This document shows, piece after piece, positions 13,509-26,799 of a DNA stretch of 64,000 nucleotides. The translations under genes and the position numbers were made by a program. Every line of letters begins with the position of its first letter. The first letter of the stretch is position 1. Source of the stretch: Moniliella sp. 'wahieum' (lineage: Eukaryota); the NCBI GenBank assembly GCA_003971905.1, contig RSEE01000088.1:124001-188000 (forward strand). The letters run 5' to 3'. The notes under the pieces were generated by a model that searched no databases, was not told where the DNA came from, and saw nothing but the letters and a program-made list of their open reading frames with translations.

Positions 13509-14160
13509 CGCGGGCGACGAGCCGAGGGGCGGGTGTGGTGTAAGGGGCACAAAAAGTGGCGCCGCACCGACAGGAGAAAAGCTGAACATTTGGGCTGCGC
13601 TGGCGTCGTCGTCTCGTGTCTTTTCACGGCAGGCGCATTGTCGGAGCCCAGCGGACGCCGCGGAGCCACTGGCACGTGACTCACCGGGGAGCGCATGCCT
13701 GACACACGACATGTGACAGGCGCCGTGCATCATGCACATCACACATCATGCCGTCCACACGCCACCCGGCCAACCACCACACCGCCCGTGTGCGGGGCAC
13801 TAGGCCGCAGCAGGCAGCGACAGGCAGCGGCTCCGGCCGGCGCAAAGCCGGCGCAGAGCGGGTGTAAGAAGCAGAGCGGCCTCTGGAGCAGTCACGAAAC
13901 CAGCCAGGATGAGCCGGTTGCATGCAGCCGCCACGGGGGCACTCCTGCTCCATCCCACATCGATTTCCCGTTGCAATGCTCGCCGGACGCCCATCTGCCG
14001 TGGCAGCTCGTGGCCTGTCGTGGCTTGCGCATGCATCGTACCAAACACGTTCGCAACCACACCCCCCGCGCGTCAATATTCAATCGGCAACCTCACCGGT
14101 CAGGCCACCAGCCTCAGCGTGACGCTGGGCTCAGCGGCTCAGTGCTCCCCCGGTTACAGC

Positions 14161-14187
14161 TACTAGTTACTAGTTACTAGTTACTAG
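14161..14187. repeat. Tandem (TACTAGT) x ~4
   Basis: tactagttactagttactagttactag read directly. Confidence 0.9.
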
Positions 14188-16620
14188 GCCCCAGGCACCT
14201 ACAAGGTAAGGCCGTTAAACGTTAAATCCGAACAAACAGGAGGAGATATCGCAAAGCGGCCTCGTTCCGCCTTGTTCCGCCTCTGGTCCGCCCCTGTTTG
14301 TTTGCTCCCCCTGGCTGCCCGGCGACGTGTGATCATCGATCACCAGCAGCCGAGCTCGATCAGATCGATCATCCGTCATGCACATACATCATGCATCATT
14401 GGATTTGCCTTAGGCCTTATACCTTAGGTAAGGCATTATCCATCTTTTAGGCGGCGCAGTAGGCGCAGCCCGGCGTATACCTCTGTTGGTGCAGCGACTC
14501 CTTCTAGTACGCATACGTCCTGAGCCGGAGCGGAACCGCGTTAGCCCATCAACGTCTTCAACGTTCAGTACGTTCAGTACGTTCAGTACGTTCAACGTTC
14601 ATCATAGTGCAACAAAGTGCGGTGGGGCTCGTCCCTGGGGCAGGTGGGATGCGGTATAAAACAGGTACGTTTGTGCGGGCGCAAGTGGGGCACATTCAGG
14701 AGGGGGGGCTATCAACGATCTATCGAAGCGATCTCTCTCGATTCTCCCGTATCGGTCTCGAGAGAGCACAGCCAGGAGCACCAGCACTCCCTCATGGCCT
14801 CAGCAGGCCTCAGCCTCAGGCCCATCAGGCATCAGGCCCATCAGGGCCGGTTAATTACCGGTTATTGTTCCAGACCAAGGTACTGATATGGACATGCCAT
14901 GCCACAGAGGAGCCTGAGGATCCCCAACACACCTCCTATGAGCTCTATAAGATCTAAGCGCTAAGAACTTGAAGCTTGAAGCTGTGCGGTGGATAAGAGG
15001 GGGGGTACTGGTACTCGATGGTCGATGGTCGATGGTCGATGATCCGATGACATCAAGTGATTGTGTTTGGTCGGGGTTGGGCTCGCGGCGAGGGCATACG
15101 GAGGAAGAGAGGTGGATGGGAACGACTGATGGGTAAATCTTAAAGGGACGATGCATGATGATTAATAATGATTGGATGAATGGAGGGCTGCCAGGGACAA
15201 TGGCACGCAGGATATGATCCTCGATTATGATGGAGATAATCCAGTAATCTATCTCCGTAAGATCATGATTGATCATCGATTCATATATTACCGGGAAGAG
15301 AGGACCGGCAACGGGATGCCCGGGGGATGGGATGGAGAGCCACGATACGTTACGGTAGGGAGCGAGTAGCTGTGACATGTGAGGCCTGAGGCCTGAGGGG
15401 CCTGAGGTCGCGCAAGTGTATATGTATTAGGTGGAGCACACAAGCAAAAGGATGCCCGCTGCAAGCCCCTTACAAGCTTCAAGCTTTCAAGCGTCAAGCA
15501 TCGAGCGTCAACTTGTTGAACACCCACTTTATACTTATTCGAGGCTTGAAGCTTGAGCGTTTGAGGTACTTCAGTGAGCTGGAACAAGCTTGAGCTCGAG
15601 CTTGAGCTTGAGCTTGAGCGCTTGAGCGGAGATACGATGTATAGATGGCTTAACGTTTAACACGTTTAACGTTTATCTCTCGGCACACAGGGGTAGTTGA
15701 CCTCTTAGATCTTAGTGTCAGTTAGATCCTAACAGCCGCACGGCTGCTGTTGAGCCCACTGCATCTGAGATCTGAGATCTCTGACAATAGGATTACTCCG
15801 TGAGAAGGGGTGCGGGGAGGTGGCTTGTGGCAACCGTTTTTGTTTAGCCGGGACTATGCTGGGTTGGCCGCCGGGAGAACACTGGGAGGCACTGGGAGCG
15901 CTGGAGAAAGCACCGAGCAGGCTACGTGGTGCCTGAGGGGGCTGTGGCAAGTGGCGTTGGTCAAGATCATCGATCATCGACATCCCTCCCCGTGTAATCG
16001 ATGGAGTTAGAAACTTGATCTTGTTGTTGAGCGCAACAGACGGTCATCCGGTCATCGTCATTGATATTGATCATCGAGAACTAGGTCCTGCCTCGTTCGA
16101 AGAGACGTAGGGCTGGGACCGATAGTGGCCTAGTGAAGCTTGACGCGAGTGAACCCTGAGATGACCGGTGAGTGAGGCCTGAGGCCGAGGCCGAGTCTAT
16201 ACGGCGTACCTGAAGACTGTGTACCGAGTTCACTTGGCCGTCCGCCGGGGTGGCTTGGGTGGGAATGTGTAGGTGGGGGATGTGGCGCAGGACGGGCGCA
16301 GGGGCCAGAGCAGTGGAGCGCCGGCGCAGCCCACGAGTGGGAGCCGATCGGCAGCAGGAGAGGGTGTCGCACTCACCTTCATCTGTCCCCCCCGCTCCAC
16401 TAGGCGACCGCTATACTACAGCCATCACTCGCCGCCACCCCTGTGGCATGACCCCCAGACACACTCGCCCGATCTCAGATGGGAGTGCCATATAGCCCAC
16501 AGCACCTCTCAGCTGGTCATCAGCGCTCAGCCTCCTCCTCGCGAAAGCTAGTTTATACCATAGTCAGCTAGTAGTCAGGCCGCTTAGATCCGGCGGATTG
16601 GCCTATCTGCGCCGCCCCGC

Positions 16621-19304
16621 ATGCCAGATAGGCCTCATCGGCTCCTGTCAGTCTCCGGCCTCACACCACCACCATCTCCCTCCCCTCTTCCTCTCTCCCC
16701 CTCATACTCCTCCTTCTCGCATCCGTCGTGCGGTGTGAGAGAAGGATGTCTCGCTCCGCTCCCACCACCCCCGCCAGATCCTCTGGCCCTGCCCTCCTCC
16801 CCGTCGCCGTCCCCCCACGACCTTTTTCGCCCCTCTGACTTTCGTCGAGACGATACACTTGCCCTCGCCGCCGCCGCCTCGCCCTCTGCCACAAAGAGTT
16901 TTGCCCGGCACCGCGCTGTCAGCACCCTTGCCGTTCCTGGCTTCGACGCACTTAGCATCGCTGTGCCCCCTCCTCCTGCTGTCAGCGACGACCACCTGCC
17001 CCAAGGAGGGGTCGCTACATCATCCCCCGCTCTCCGCCTCTTAGCGCACCCAGCCGCACCCCTGTTTTCCCCAAACGTCCTCGTTCCCGACCTTCCTCTC
17101 GTCCTCCTCTCGTTCTACCACAGGTCCCACCCCAAGTTCAACCCCAAGCACCCTCCACCTCCGCTCTTTCCTCTCCAAGCCGACCCATGTCCCCTGCGCT
17201 GCAGCTCCTACTCAATCAACCATCCACCCCTTCCCCACTCTTGGCTTCGCGCTCTGTGCCCTTACCTGTCCAACTGCCCCAGTCGAGCGACAGTCACGTG
17301 CTGCAAGTGGCACGCTCCTCCTTCTCATCCTCCTCCACCACCGCCTCCTCGTTGGACTTGAGCTTCAGTCCATTCTTGCCTTCGTCGGTAAGCACAACGC
17401 TGGGCCAGGACCTTGTTTCTTTCCCCGTCGAATGCGACCCCCGCCTCCTAGCTGGGTGGACAAGGGGTCCCGCGTAGCCAAACAAGATGCTGCTTCCGCC
17501 GCGAAGGCAGACCATCTTCCCACCCCCACCATGGATGCCATTGGCGCCGCTTTGCACTCGGAACTGGGCCAACCGCCGCCCCCGGAGCAGCAAGCTCAGG
17601 CCCAAGCCAAATCCCAGCAGCAAGCGCAACCACTCAACGGGGATACCGGCCCCGGGACCAAACACCAGGCTGGACTTGTTGTTTCCTGGGGCAAGCAAGC
17701 TACCAAACACAACGTACTTGTGCAGGAACCTGATGCGTATGCGACGGCGCACGTGGCTTCCCATGCGACCCAGACCAGCCTGTCGATCTCTTTGCCATCT
17801 TCGTTGTCGGTTGGCAACGACTTGTCCTCTCCCGGTGGGACAGAAGAATCTGCCTCACCCCGCCCAGGGTCTCTGTCGCCGTTATTACTCCCCGCCTACG
17901 CCCCCTCCTCGCCCTCAAGCCCCCCGATCAAGTACCGAGCCAGTGCCGACACACCCCGGCCCGTCGTTCGTCGTTCTCTCCTCCTCGGCCGCAAACCATG
18001 CTCTCCTTCCCCTCCCCGGCCCTTCCCCCCGTATCGGAAGCAAGTGAGCAGCCCAGTGTGAAGCCCAAGCAGCAGCTGCTGCTCGTATCCATCCCTCGGA
18101 CGAAGCTGTGAACCCGATTGACCCGCTCGTTCGGCCCAAGGCGGTGGTGTTGTTGGGGTTGGATGCCACCTGGGACGCATGCCCAGCAAGCGGGTGTGAG
18201 GAGCTCACCGTCATTGGGGTCTCGCATTGCTGGTTCCGACCCAGCCCCTTCCTCGTCTCCTGCTGCCCCAGCACCTTCGCCGTCGCCGTCGCGATCCTTC
18301 TGGCCGCGATGGAGTCCCCATCGCCACCGTGGGTCCTCCTCCACCACTACCCCCACTACTACCACCCCTACCGCCTCGGGCTCGGCATCCAGTGCTCCCT
18401 CTTTTGTCCCCGTCTCTGGTGCGACGGGCACAGTGTCAGGGCGAGCCTGCGAAAGCCGTGCGAGCAGCGTGCGCACGTGCCCGTCTGGGGTCCCATCTGA
18501 GTCCAAGCCGGGATCGAGTTGGGCTAGCAGATCCTGGACAGCGTCGCAGGCCCGACCGGAGCACCTCCAACCACCCTCCGCACCCGAAAACGAGAGCGGG
18601 AAGCAAGGCAGGGTACCCAAGATCGCCCCGCCTTTATGTTTGTACCCGAATGCGAATGCTCGACCCGAGTCTGAGCTGGGCAGGGTCGGTGCGCGCCAAG
18701 TCCAGCGGCCTGCCACTTCGCCCGATTCGAGGTCACACTCGTTGGGAGCCGCGCAGGATACCTTGGGATGGTTGCATCCACGTCCATCTACCAGTACCCC
18801 TACGCCTACGCCTACTCTTACTCCTACTCCTATTACAACTACAACTACAACTACTTCTCTTTCCCCTTCCCATTCCCCCTCGTCTGTCCCTTCCCTCTCC
18901 CTCTCCTCTCTCTCCTCTCCCTCACCTTCTTCTCTCTCCCCCTCCCCTTCTCCGCGTCCCACGCCCACGCCCACGCCACGCCTACGTCCATCTTCACAGC
19001 GGGCAGCTTGTCCCATACGCGCTCGCCCAGTGGATGGGCGCGGTACGGGATGCGGAAGTTGCCTTCGCTTTCGCGGAGTTCGGAGGACGTGCCCCCCCAC
19101 CTCCGTTCGGATGGTGGTCAACAGGAAGAGGAAAGGGAAAGACAAAGAGAGAGGGAAAGGGGGGGTTCATTGCGGGTTGCGCTTGCATCGCCTTCCGTGT
19201 CGTCGCCCCAGGCTGTGGCTGCTGTGCCTATGGCAAAGGGTTTGCCTGGGCACATGGCCGGTCGGGCGGGAGCGCCAGCTGGTCTGCGCGTCCGACATAC
19301 CTAA
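16621..19304 (+). CDS. Probable large Ser/Pro/Thr-rich disordered hypothetical protein, frameshifted
   Basis: Overlapping plus-strand ORFs (16621-17361, 17187-17477, 17432-18061, 18118-19347, tail of 18768-19304) chain into one low-complexity protein, followed by a T-rich 3' region. No recognisable domain. Confidence 0.4.
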
Positions 19305-20198
19305 GGCGGTTTTGTTTCTCTATTTTTTCGTCTCGGGACAGTACTGAGCACAGAACTCTCAGTGTACTCAGTACTCAGTGGACCTCGTGTTCGTGTGCGT
19401 CCCCTTATTACCTCTTCAATGTCTCTATGTTTAGTCAACGTGTCAACGTCCATCACCCTCAGACGCCAGTACTCAGTACGAATTCAGATTGCTATATACA
19501 CCCGTACCTACCTTTCTCGGTTGTTTCTCGTTCTTTTCTTTCTTGTTCTTTCTCGTTCTTTTTCTTGTTCTTTCTTGTTCTTTCTTGTTCTTTGCTTTCT
19601 TCCCTTTTTTGGTTTGGTTTTGGTTTTGGTGTGGGTTGGTTGGGATTGTGTTGCCTGTTAATCCCCACCGCTTCCACCGGCCTGCACCAGGTCGTCCTCT
19701 GTGCTTTCTACTCCATTCGGGAACGCGGGACAGCAGGGCTGATGCATGATGGGCGAGGTATATATGTACCCGAAGAGAGGGCACTGAAACTATATATACG
19801 GCTTGTCCCCTCTTGTCCCTCCCTTATATCCCCCTGCCATCTTGGGGCTGTCATCTTTATTCTCTGGGTCTTCTCCACTCTCTGTGGGGTTCCTCGAGGG
19901 TTTGCCTCAGTTTCAGTCTTCACGCTCGTTTGAAATGCCATCCACACTGTATGTGCCCCCCTCCCCCCTTGGGGGTGGCGTCGATGACTTGGTTGGTGTG
20001 GTAGCTACCAAACATGGCGGCGCGTAGTTTATAGGTTGTAGATTCGTAGGTCTTTTATCTTTCAACGTTCAACTTCATTCCATCAGAAATGGCATGCATG
20101 TGACATGGGCCTTTTTTTTCCAACCGCCGGCACCACCTAGACCATCACCACTGGCGCTCGTGGCGCAGCCCCTTTGACGAGGCGGTCTTCTTGGGGCC

Positions 20199-23059
20199 AT
20201 GTCCTCCATCTTCTCCCGCGGCGCTGCAGCCGAGGCGGTGCGCACGCCCGCTCCTGCCGGCGCATCGCGGCTGCGACGCAAGAAGCAGCGCTGCCCGCAA
20301 TGCGGCAGCAAAAAATGGCACCGCGACCGCGCGTCGGGCCACGTTGTGTGTGAGTTAGGCCATGTGCGGCTGAGTTGGCGGGACGAGGAAGCGGCGGACG
20401 ATGAGTTTGCGGCTGCGACCGCGGGTACCAGCCGTCCCACCACCACCAGGCGGTACGTTAAAAAGCACGTCGCGCTCACCCGGACAGGCAAACGCAAACG
20501 AGCCGCCCATGTGACCCACGCCGCGCGCTACCACCCGGACTTGTCAGCCTACCTCAGTCCGGCCCATGGCGTCTTCCGTCTGGCGCAGGCGTGCCAGGCG
20601 CTGCTCCGACTCCAACTCGCTGTTTTGCCTCGCATCTGGCCCAGCCTGCCCCACCGACGCATCCAAGCGGTCGCACGCGACATTTGGGCCAGTGTTAGCC
20701 GACGCGCAACGTCCCCAGCGTGGCCGCACCTCTTCCGCAGTCGCAGCAACGCCCACTTCCTCCACTTTGTCTACCCAGTCGGCCCTGGCCCCGGCACCCT
20801 ACCATCTGGACGACATTTGGTTTGGCGTGCCCGCGTCGTACGTACCGCGCCACAGCGCTCGCGGCAGACCAGCGTTGCCCTGAGCGGCACGGAGGATGCA
20901 GCCACGTCCCCCTTTCCCAACTGGCGCCGAGCGGCATCACGCTCGCGCGCATCAAGTGCGATCAGCGGCAGTGACGACGAAGGCTTCACCTCGGGCTTTA
21001 CCTCGGGCTTTACCAGCGACACGGCGCCGCGTCAGCCGCGTCGACATCGTCGCCGCCCGTTCGGTTGGAGCGCGACGTCGCTCGCGTTCGCGGTCACGCT
21101 ACACTTCGATTCCACCGGAGGAGGTGATGCCGTTCCCGTCGCGGCGTGACAAGCCCGATGGGTCGGAGGCCGAGTCGGATGGCTCGTCGCGCGCCGCGTC
21201 GCCCGTGGGGCGTCCGAAACATTTGGATCTCGTTCTGACAGGCAGTGTGCCTGGGAGTGTGGGGGTGCTGACGACGCTGTGTGTGGTATACCTAGCCCTA
21301 TGGGTAGTACGTGTTCCAGTGCACGTGGTGGATTTGGTGCGGCTGGTACGGGCCGGGGAGATCCCGTATTTGATGGCGGGCAAGCGGTGCCGGCGGCCTT
21401 GTTGCATGGGGTTCATCGTTCGCTCTTGCACCACGCCGGGTTTCATCTGGACGAAGCACCTTCGACAGTGACTATGCATGCGCACCTTCGACGCTTGGCC
21501 ATTCTCGCTTCGCTTCCGCTGGACCAAATGTTCCAGCTGCCCAGTACATCCGATCCCAAGCTGCCTGTGCCCAAAAACCTGGTTCCTGCACCGCTGGGCA
21601 CACCCGACCTCAATGCCAGCCCGCTCCTCTGGTCCTTTCCTTACACGACGCATGTTGCTCCCTCCCACGGCGTATGTTTTGGCCAAATCGTTCTTGCTCT
21701 ATAGCCAGGCGCGCATGCTTCTCGGTCCGGAATGTGGCTCGGGCGGGCACGACTGGACGTGGATCATGCGGGGTGTGCCGAGCGAAGTGACGCTCGTGGC
21801 GGCGCTTGTGGTGGTAAGCAAGATGCGCTACGGTCTCGATGGTGCCGAGCGGAACGAACAAGTGGTTCCCGTCGAGGTGCAGACTAGCTTCCCTCCCCTC
21901 GATCAGTGGCTCACTCGTCTACGCGACCTACACCATGCACTCACTCACCACCCCAGCGCCGTTTCCGATCCCGACGCTTGGTACGTACTTCCCAACCCCC
22001 TGTCCCCCCTGTCCCCCCAAGTGGCCTTTTGAGGGTACCTGTTTTGCTTTGTTCATTCGAGCTAACCCAACCCGTGCGTGACCCATCCACCCCCTCCGCC
22101 CCCGTTGTGCAGCTCCGTGGAAGATATGGACGAGGCGCAATTGGACGCGTTTTTGGCCTTTGCTGAGCGCACTGTGATCAACCCGACCGACTTGGAGTAC
22201 AATGCGCATGGTGCCAAGCTGGATTTGGGAAGTACGTTGCTCACATTTCTCCTGTCCCCCTCCCTCTTCCCTCGTTGTCCTCGGCCCGATGCCTCTAGGA
22301 ACCAAGTGGTACCGACTACCGAGGGAGATGGGACGGAACGGACGAACAGAACACTGACCTTAACTCCTCTTTCCCCCTCTCCCTGCTCTCGCCCCCGTTC
22401 TCGCCCCGTTTGTTGTCTGTGTCATGCCGTAGCCGCCCAATTGCTCACGCAACTGCCTACCGCCTTCCGCCCATCGCCTGCCGGGTCAGCACTATACATC
22501 GCCCGCATCCTGCCGAAGCAGGGATCCTAAAAGAGCGGGAACGGCTCGTTGCGCGTGCCTGGGACCGACTCTACTGCGCAGCCGCACCTCGTTCACAGCG
22601 GAACTCAACACCCACACCCACGCCCAAACCCAAGTGTACACCCAAAGCCAGACCGGATCTGTTGAACCTAATGAACCCGACGGACCCGGTGAACCAACAC
22701 GAACACGGACTGCACCGGTGGACCTAGCAACGTGGGTGGCGCAGGACAACGTGCCTACTTACCTTCCACCTGGCGCGGCTTACCGCCTCGCTCCCCCCCT
22801 ACGACGATCGAGCTGGAGGTGCGCTCGACGAGCGGGAAGCGAGCGGGGAAGAGGCGAGGGCAAGGCGAAGGCGGTGGAAGAGCAAGAGCAAGAGCAAAGG
22901 GAACAAGAACAGCTGCAGGAAGAGTATAGGCTGGTTCTGCGTGTAGCGGCGGAGGCGGCCGGGTGTTCAACCAAGCTGGTGGAGCAGGTGGTGCGCGTCT
23001 TGGATGCCACGGTCGAGGCGCGGCTGGTGCGTGGTATGAAGGTACGTGGGCGTGCATGA
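20199..23059 (+). CDS. RRN7: RNA polymerase I core factor subunit Rrn7/TAF1B
   Basis: N-terminal Zn ribbon CPQCGSKKW...VCELGH; QACQALLRLQ...VARDIWA; YLALWVVRVPVHVVDLVRLVRAGEIPYL; VVVSKMRYGLDG. Several introns and frameshifts. Confidence 0.75.
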
Positions 23060-23839
23060 TGCGCAGCTGAAGTTTGAAGGTGGAGGGGGATTGAGTCGGT
23101 TCGAGCGACGGGGCTGAGGCCTGAGGTTGAAGGGGAGATCCCACCCCGAAGGAGAAAGAGAGTGAAGGCGACCCAGCGTGCAAGGAGAGGCGGGCCGTTG
23201 TTGGTCTTTTGGTTCCGATGGCGGGATGCCGCTTGAAGAGCCAGAAGACCAGCGTGACTAACTGGATCAGTTCGACCGGCTCGATCAGCGTCGATACCCA
23301 ATCAATAAGGGGATGGGGCTAATGCACCTGTGCTCATGCAGCCAGGTACTCGGTCCTCCGTCTTCGTTTTCTTCGAGATGAATGGGAAACGGTTTGACTT
23401 CCCTAGTCATTGCCTTTCCCATTGAGGCCGAATCCTCCTCCGTCTTGCCCATCGCGTTCAGCGTTTGGTTGCATGATACCTTTCTCGCTCGCCTCTTTTT
23501 GCTCCCCTCCACATTCGTGTATGTCCCTCTCACGTCAAGTCAGGCCCATTCAATTCAACATTCCGCCCCCCACCCCCTCTTTCCCGTTCCATACTAGCGA
23601 TGCCGGAATCTCGCACAGGCACCAGTGTGCCACCCTTGCTCCATGTCTATGTCCTAATGATGTGTGTGTACAAACAAAAAGAAGTCAGGTGAAAAAAGAT
23701 CATAGGCAGAGCCTGTGCCAAATGGACAGCAGGCGTCCCACATCCTGATCTGTATCCTAGGATAGCGCTGCAGATCGAACGCCCCCCAAACCAGTGCGCC
23801 CCCCCCCACCACCAAGAGGAGGCAAGGTGTACTCTGTCC

Positions 23840-25285
23840 TCATAGCGCCGCCCGCTTCCCGTCCGCCTCTGGCGGTGGGAAAGGTTTGGGCCCAATCATC
23901 AGTTCCGGGCGCACCTTTTGGTCAAACTCCTCTGGGGTAAGCAAGCCCAGCTGGACGACCGATTGCTTCAAGGTCAAATCCTCCGCATGGGCCTTCTTGG
24001 CCGCCTTGGCCACCTGGTCATACCCCAACGTCGAATTCAGGATGGTAGCGAGCATGAGCGATTCATGGAGTAACGTTCCGATCCGTTTCTCGTTCGCCTC
24101 AATGCCCACGACGCAGTTCTTGGTGAACGAGCGAGCGCCATCGGCCAACAATCGAATCGAAGAGAGCAAGTTGCGAATCAACACGGGCTTAAACACGTTG
24201 AGTTCGAATTGGCCATAGGACCCGGCGACCGTGATGGCAGTATGGTTGCCCATGACCTGAGCTGCGACCATAGTCAATGCTTCGCATTGCGTCGGGTTCA
24301 CCTTGCCTGGCATGATGGACGATCCCGGTTCGTTTTCAGGCAAGTGCAGTTCGCCCAGGCCACAGCGCGGGCCCGAGCCCAAGTAACGAATGTCATTGGC
24401 AATTTTCATCAACGACACAGCCACCGTATTTAACGCGCCCGACGTGGCCACCACCGCATCGTGCGCTGCCAACGCTTCAAACTTGTTGGGCGCCGTTTCA
24501 AAGTGTTCGCCGGTCAAGGCCGAGATTTGCGCTGCGACAGCCACGTCAAAGCCTTGGTACGTGTTGAGGCCCGTGCCGACAGCCGTACCACCTTGGGCGA
24601 GCTGACGAAGATGGGGCAAGGTCGCTTCGATTCGGGCAATGCCATTGGTCACTTGTTGTACGTACCCCGACATTTCCTGGCCCAGCGTGAGCGGCGTCGC
24701 GTCCTGCAAATGTGTGCGACCAATCTTAATGATGGACCGGAACGCGTCGGCCTTGGCGGCCAGAGCGTCGCGCAAGCCCTCGAGGGACGGCAAAAGCTGC
24801 CGACGAATCTCCAAGACGGCCGCAACGTGCATGGCAGTGGGGAACGTGTCGTTAGAGGATTGAGACATGTTGACATGATCGTTCGGATGCACGGGCGTCT
24901 TGGAGCCCAGCTGGCCGCCCAACAATTCAATCGCGCGATTGGCAATGACCTCATTGGTGTTCATGTTGGTCTGGGTGCCCGAGCCAGTTTGAAAGACAAC
25001 CAGAGGGAAATGGTCCGTCAACTTGCCCGCAATCACCTCATCGGCGGCGGAGGAAATGGCCTGAGCAAGCTTGGGGTCCAAGCCGTACTGCCTGTTGACC
25101 TCAGCAGCGGCCTTCTTGAGGATGCCAAACGCTTGGATCAACGGCTCGGGCATCCGTTCCCGAGCACCGCCAATGTCAAAGTTCTGCAACGAGCGTTGGG
25201 TCTGGGCGCCCCAGTACTTGTCGGCCGGCACCTCGAGCGGGCCGAAGGTGTCGCGTTCGATGCGGATCCCAGGAGGAGGGGCCAT
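23840..25285 (-). CDS. FUM1: Class II fumarate hydratase
   Basis: Intact 481-aa ORF with [34 protein letters not shown] and the signature [15 protein letters not shown]. Confidence 0.97.
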   Translation of the reverse strand: MAPPPGIRIERDTFGPLEVPADKYWGAQTQRSLQNFDIGGARERMPEPLIQAFGILKKAAAEVNRQYGLDPKLAQAISSAADEVIAGKLTDHFPLVVFQTGSGTQTNMNTNEVIANRAIELLGGQLGSKTPVHPNDHVNMSQSSNDTFPTAMHVAAVLEIRRQLLPSLEGLRDALAAKADAFRSIIKIGRTHLQDATPLTLGQEMSGYVQQVTNGIARIEATLPHLRQLAQGGTAVGTGLNTYQGFDVAVAAQISALTGEHFETAPNKFEALAAHDAVVATSGALNTVAVSLMKIANDIRYLGSGPRCGLGELHLPENEPGSSIMPGKVNPTQCEALTMVAAQVMGNHTAITVAGSYGQFELNVFKPVLIRNLLSSIRLLADGARSFTKNCVVGIEANEKRIGTLLHESLMLATILNSTLGYDQVAKAAKKAHAEDLTLKQSVVQLGLLTPEEFDQKVRPELMIGPKPFPPPEADGKRAAL

Positions 25286-25856
25286 GGTTGGAATAGCAGC
25301 AAAGTGACAGCAGTGGGGGTGGGGAGGAGGCGGTGGAGGAAGGAAAAGGAAGGACAGGGGGGCAAAAGCGCCAGCACACTATACTAAGCACATATAGGCA
25401 ACCGTTTGGGCAAGCGCCTGCAAGCGCTCAGGCCAGCCCGCCGCCCAGGAGCTCGAGTGACTATAGTGACTGGTGACTACTACTATGGAAAGCCCCCAGG
25501 ACTGGGTGCCTGTGCCATGCGGCTGGCCGGGAGGCGATGCGTGACAGGCAGGGCAGCGCCTGGCAGGGCAGCGCCGGGGCCATCGTCTGCCGCTGGGCTA
25601 TTACCAACACGAACGGCACGAAGCATCAGGTCAGCCGCAACACGCCGACACAGGAAGCTCTCAACGTTCAGCATACGTCAACTTGAACCGCCCAACACAC
25701 GGCTGATGCCTCCAGATGGTTTGGGGGGCGGCGGGGCCAGAATGGGGCAGGAGGGGGCAGGCCAGGTGCCTGGCAGGGTGTTTGATGACTGTCATCCATG
25801 TCATCCATGTCTGCTGCTGTCACAGTGACATGGCACTGTCATGATTGGTTGCCATC

Positions 25857-25885
25857 GTCACTAGTCACTAGTCACTAGTCACTAG
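25857..25885. repeat. Tandem (GTCACTA) x4
   Basis: gtcactagtcactagtcactagtcactag read directly. Confidence 0.9.
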
Positions 25886-26799
25886 GCTTGTTACTTAGGC
25901 CTTAGTGCCTTTATTGGTGGGCGCAATGGAAACCCACCTGGGCAGTTCTCCGCCTCCGACCCCCTGAGGCGCACGGGCCACAGCAGACTATACAGCCTGG
26001 GATGGGCGCCTCCACATCGCAGCCCCAGCTGGCCGTTACGGGTGTCAGGATGAAGCGAGTCTCTGGGCAATCGTCAGTCATGCATCATGCACATGTACCG
26101 CGGGTACCAGCCACAGTTGCTCCGCTCAGCGCCAGCTTGGGCCCGTTCGCGTGGTCGGCGTCTGTGCCCCGCAAAAGGGCGGGGTTAAGCGCACTAAGCA
26201 TGAGTGCGCCTGCGTACACCGGTAAGCGGTTGCCGGTTAAAAGCAAAAATTGGGCGGGCACTCAGGCGGAGTACTATTACCGCGTACAGATGGGCCCACA
26301 GTTGGCTTTTTCCAAGACTCTGTGGCCACCTCTATACTTGCCCCACCTCTTCTTTCACTTTTCACCCCTCGCCATATCGAGGGCTGCTGGCCCTGCGTCC
26401 CGCCGTGTTCCGTCGGTACTGATGCACTTTGCCGGTGCCGGATACGAGTCAACATCTGAGTCTGAGTTTTCACGAGCGAAAGACTTCAGCTTTAGGTCTG
26501 GACCTGCCTGGACTCTGAGCGGCGGACACTGCGCACTGAGCGAGCGCTCAGGCTGAGCAGGCCTCCCACAGAGGCGTGGGCTCAAAAGGTCAGAAGAACG
26601 AAGAGGGATGCGCTAGACCATGATCGATAAGCGCTGAGCTCTGGCTAGGGAACGCTGCTCTTCAGGTCTATGATCCCCCTTCCCCCAGACGTCCCACCAC
26701 CAACTGGTTCGCTCCAAAACCAACTGTTGGCCATCCATCATGGACCATGAATCATGAATCACTATGTTGCGCTTCATGATTCCCCAATCAACCGGTTAA

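Noticed and set aside
18768..18900. Striking YAYAYSYSYYNYNY peptide
   Set aside because: Off-frame reading of ACTCCT/ACAACT repeats that encode TPTP/TTTT in the likelier frame.
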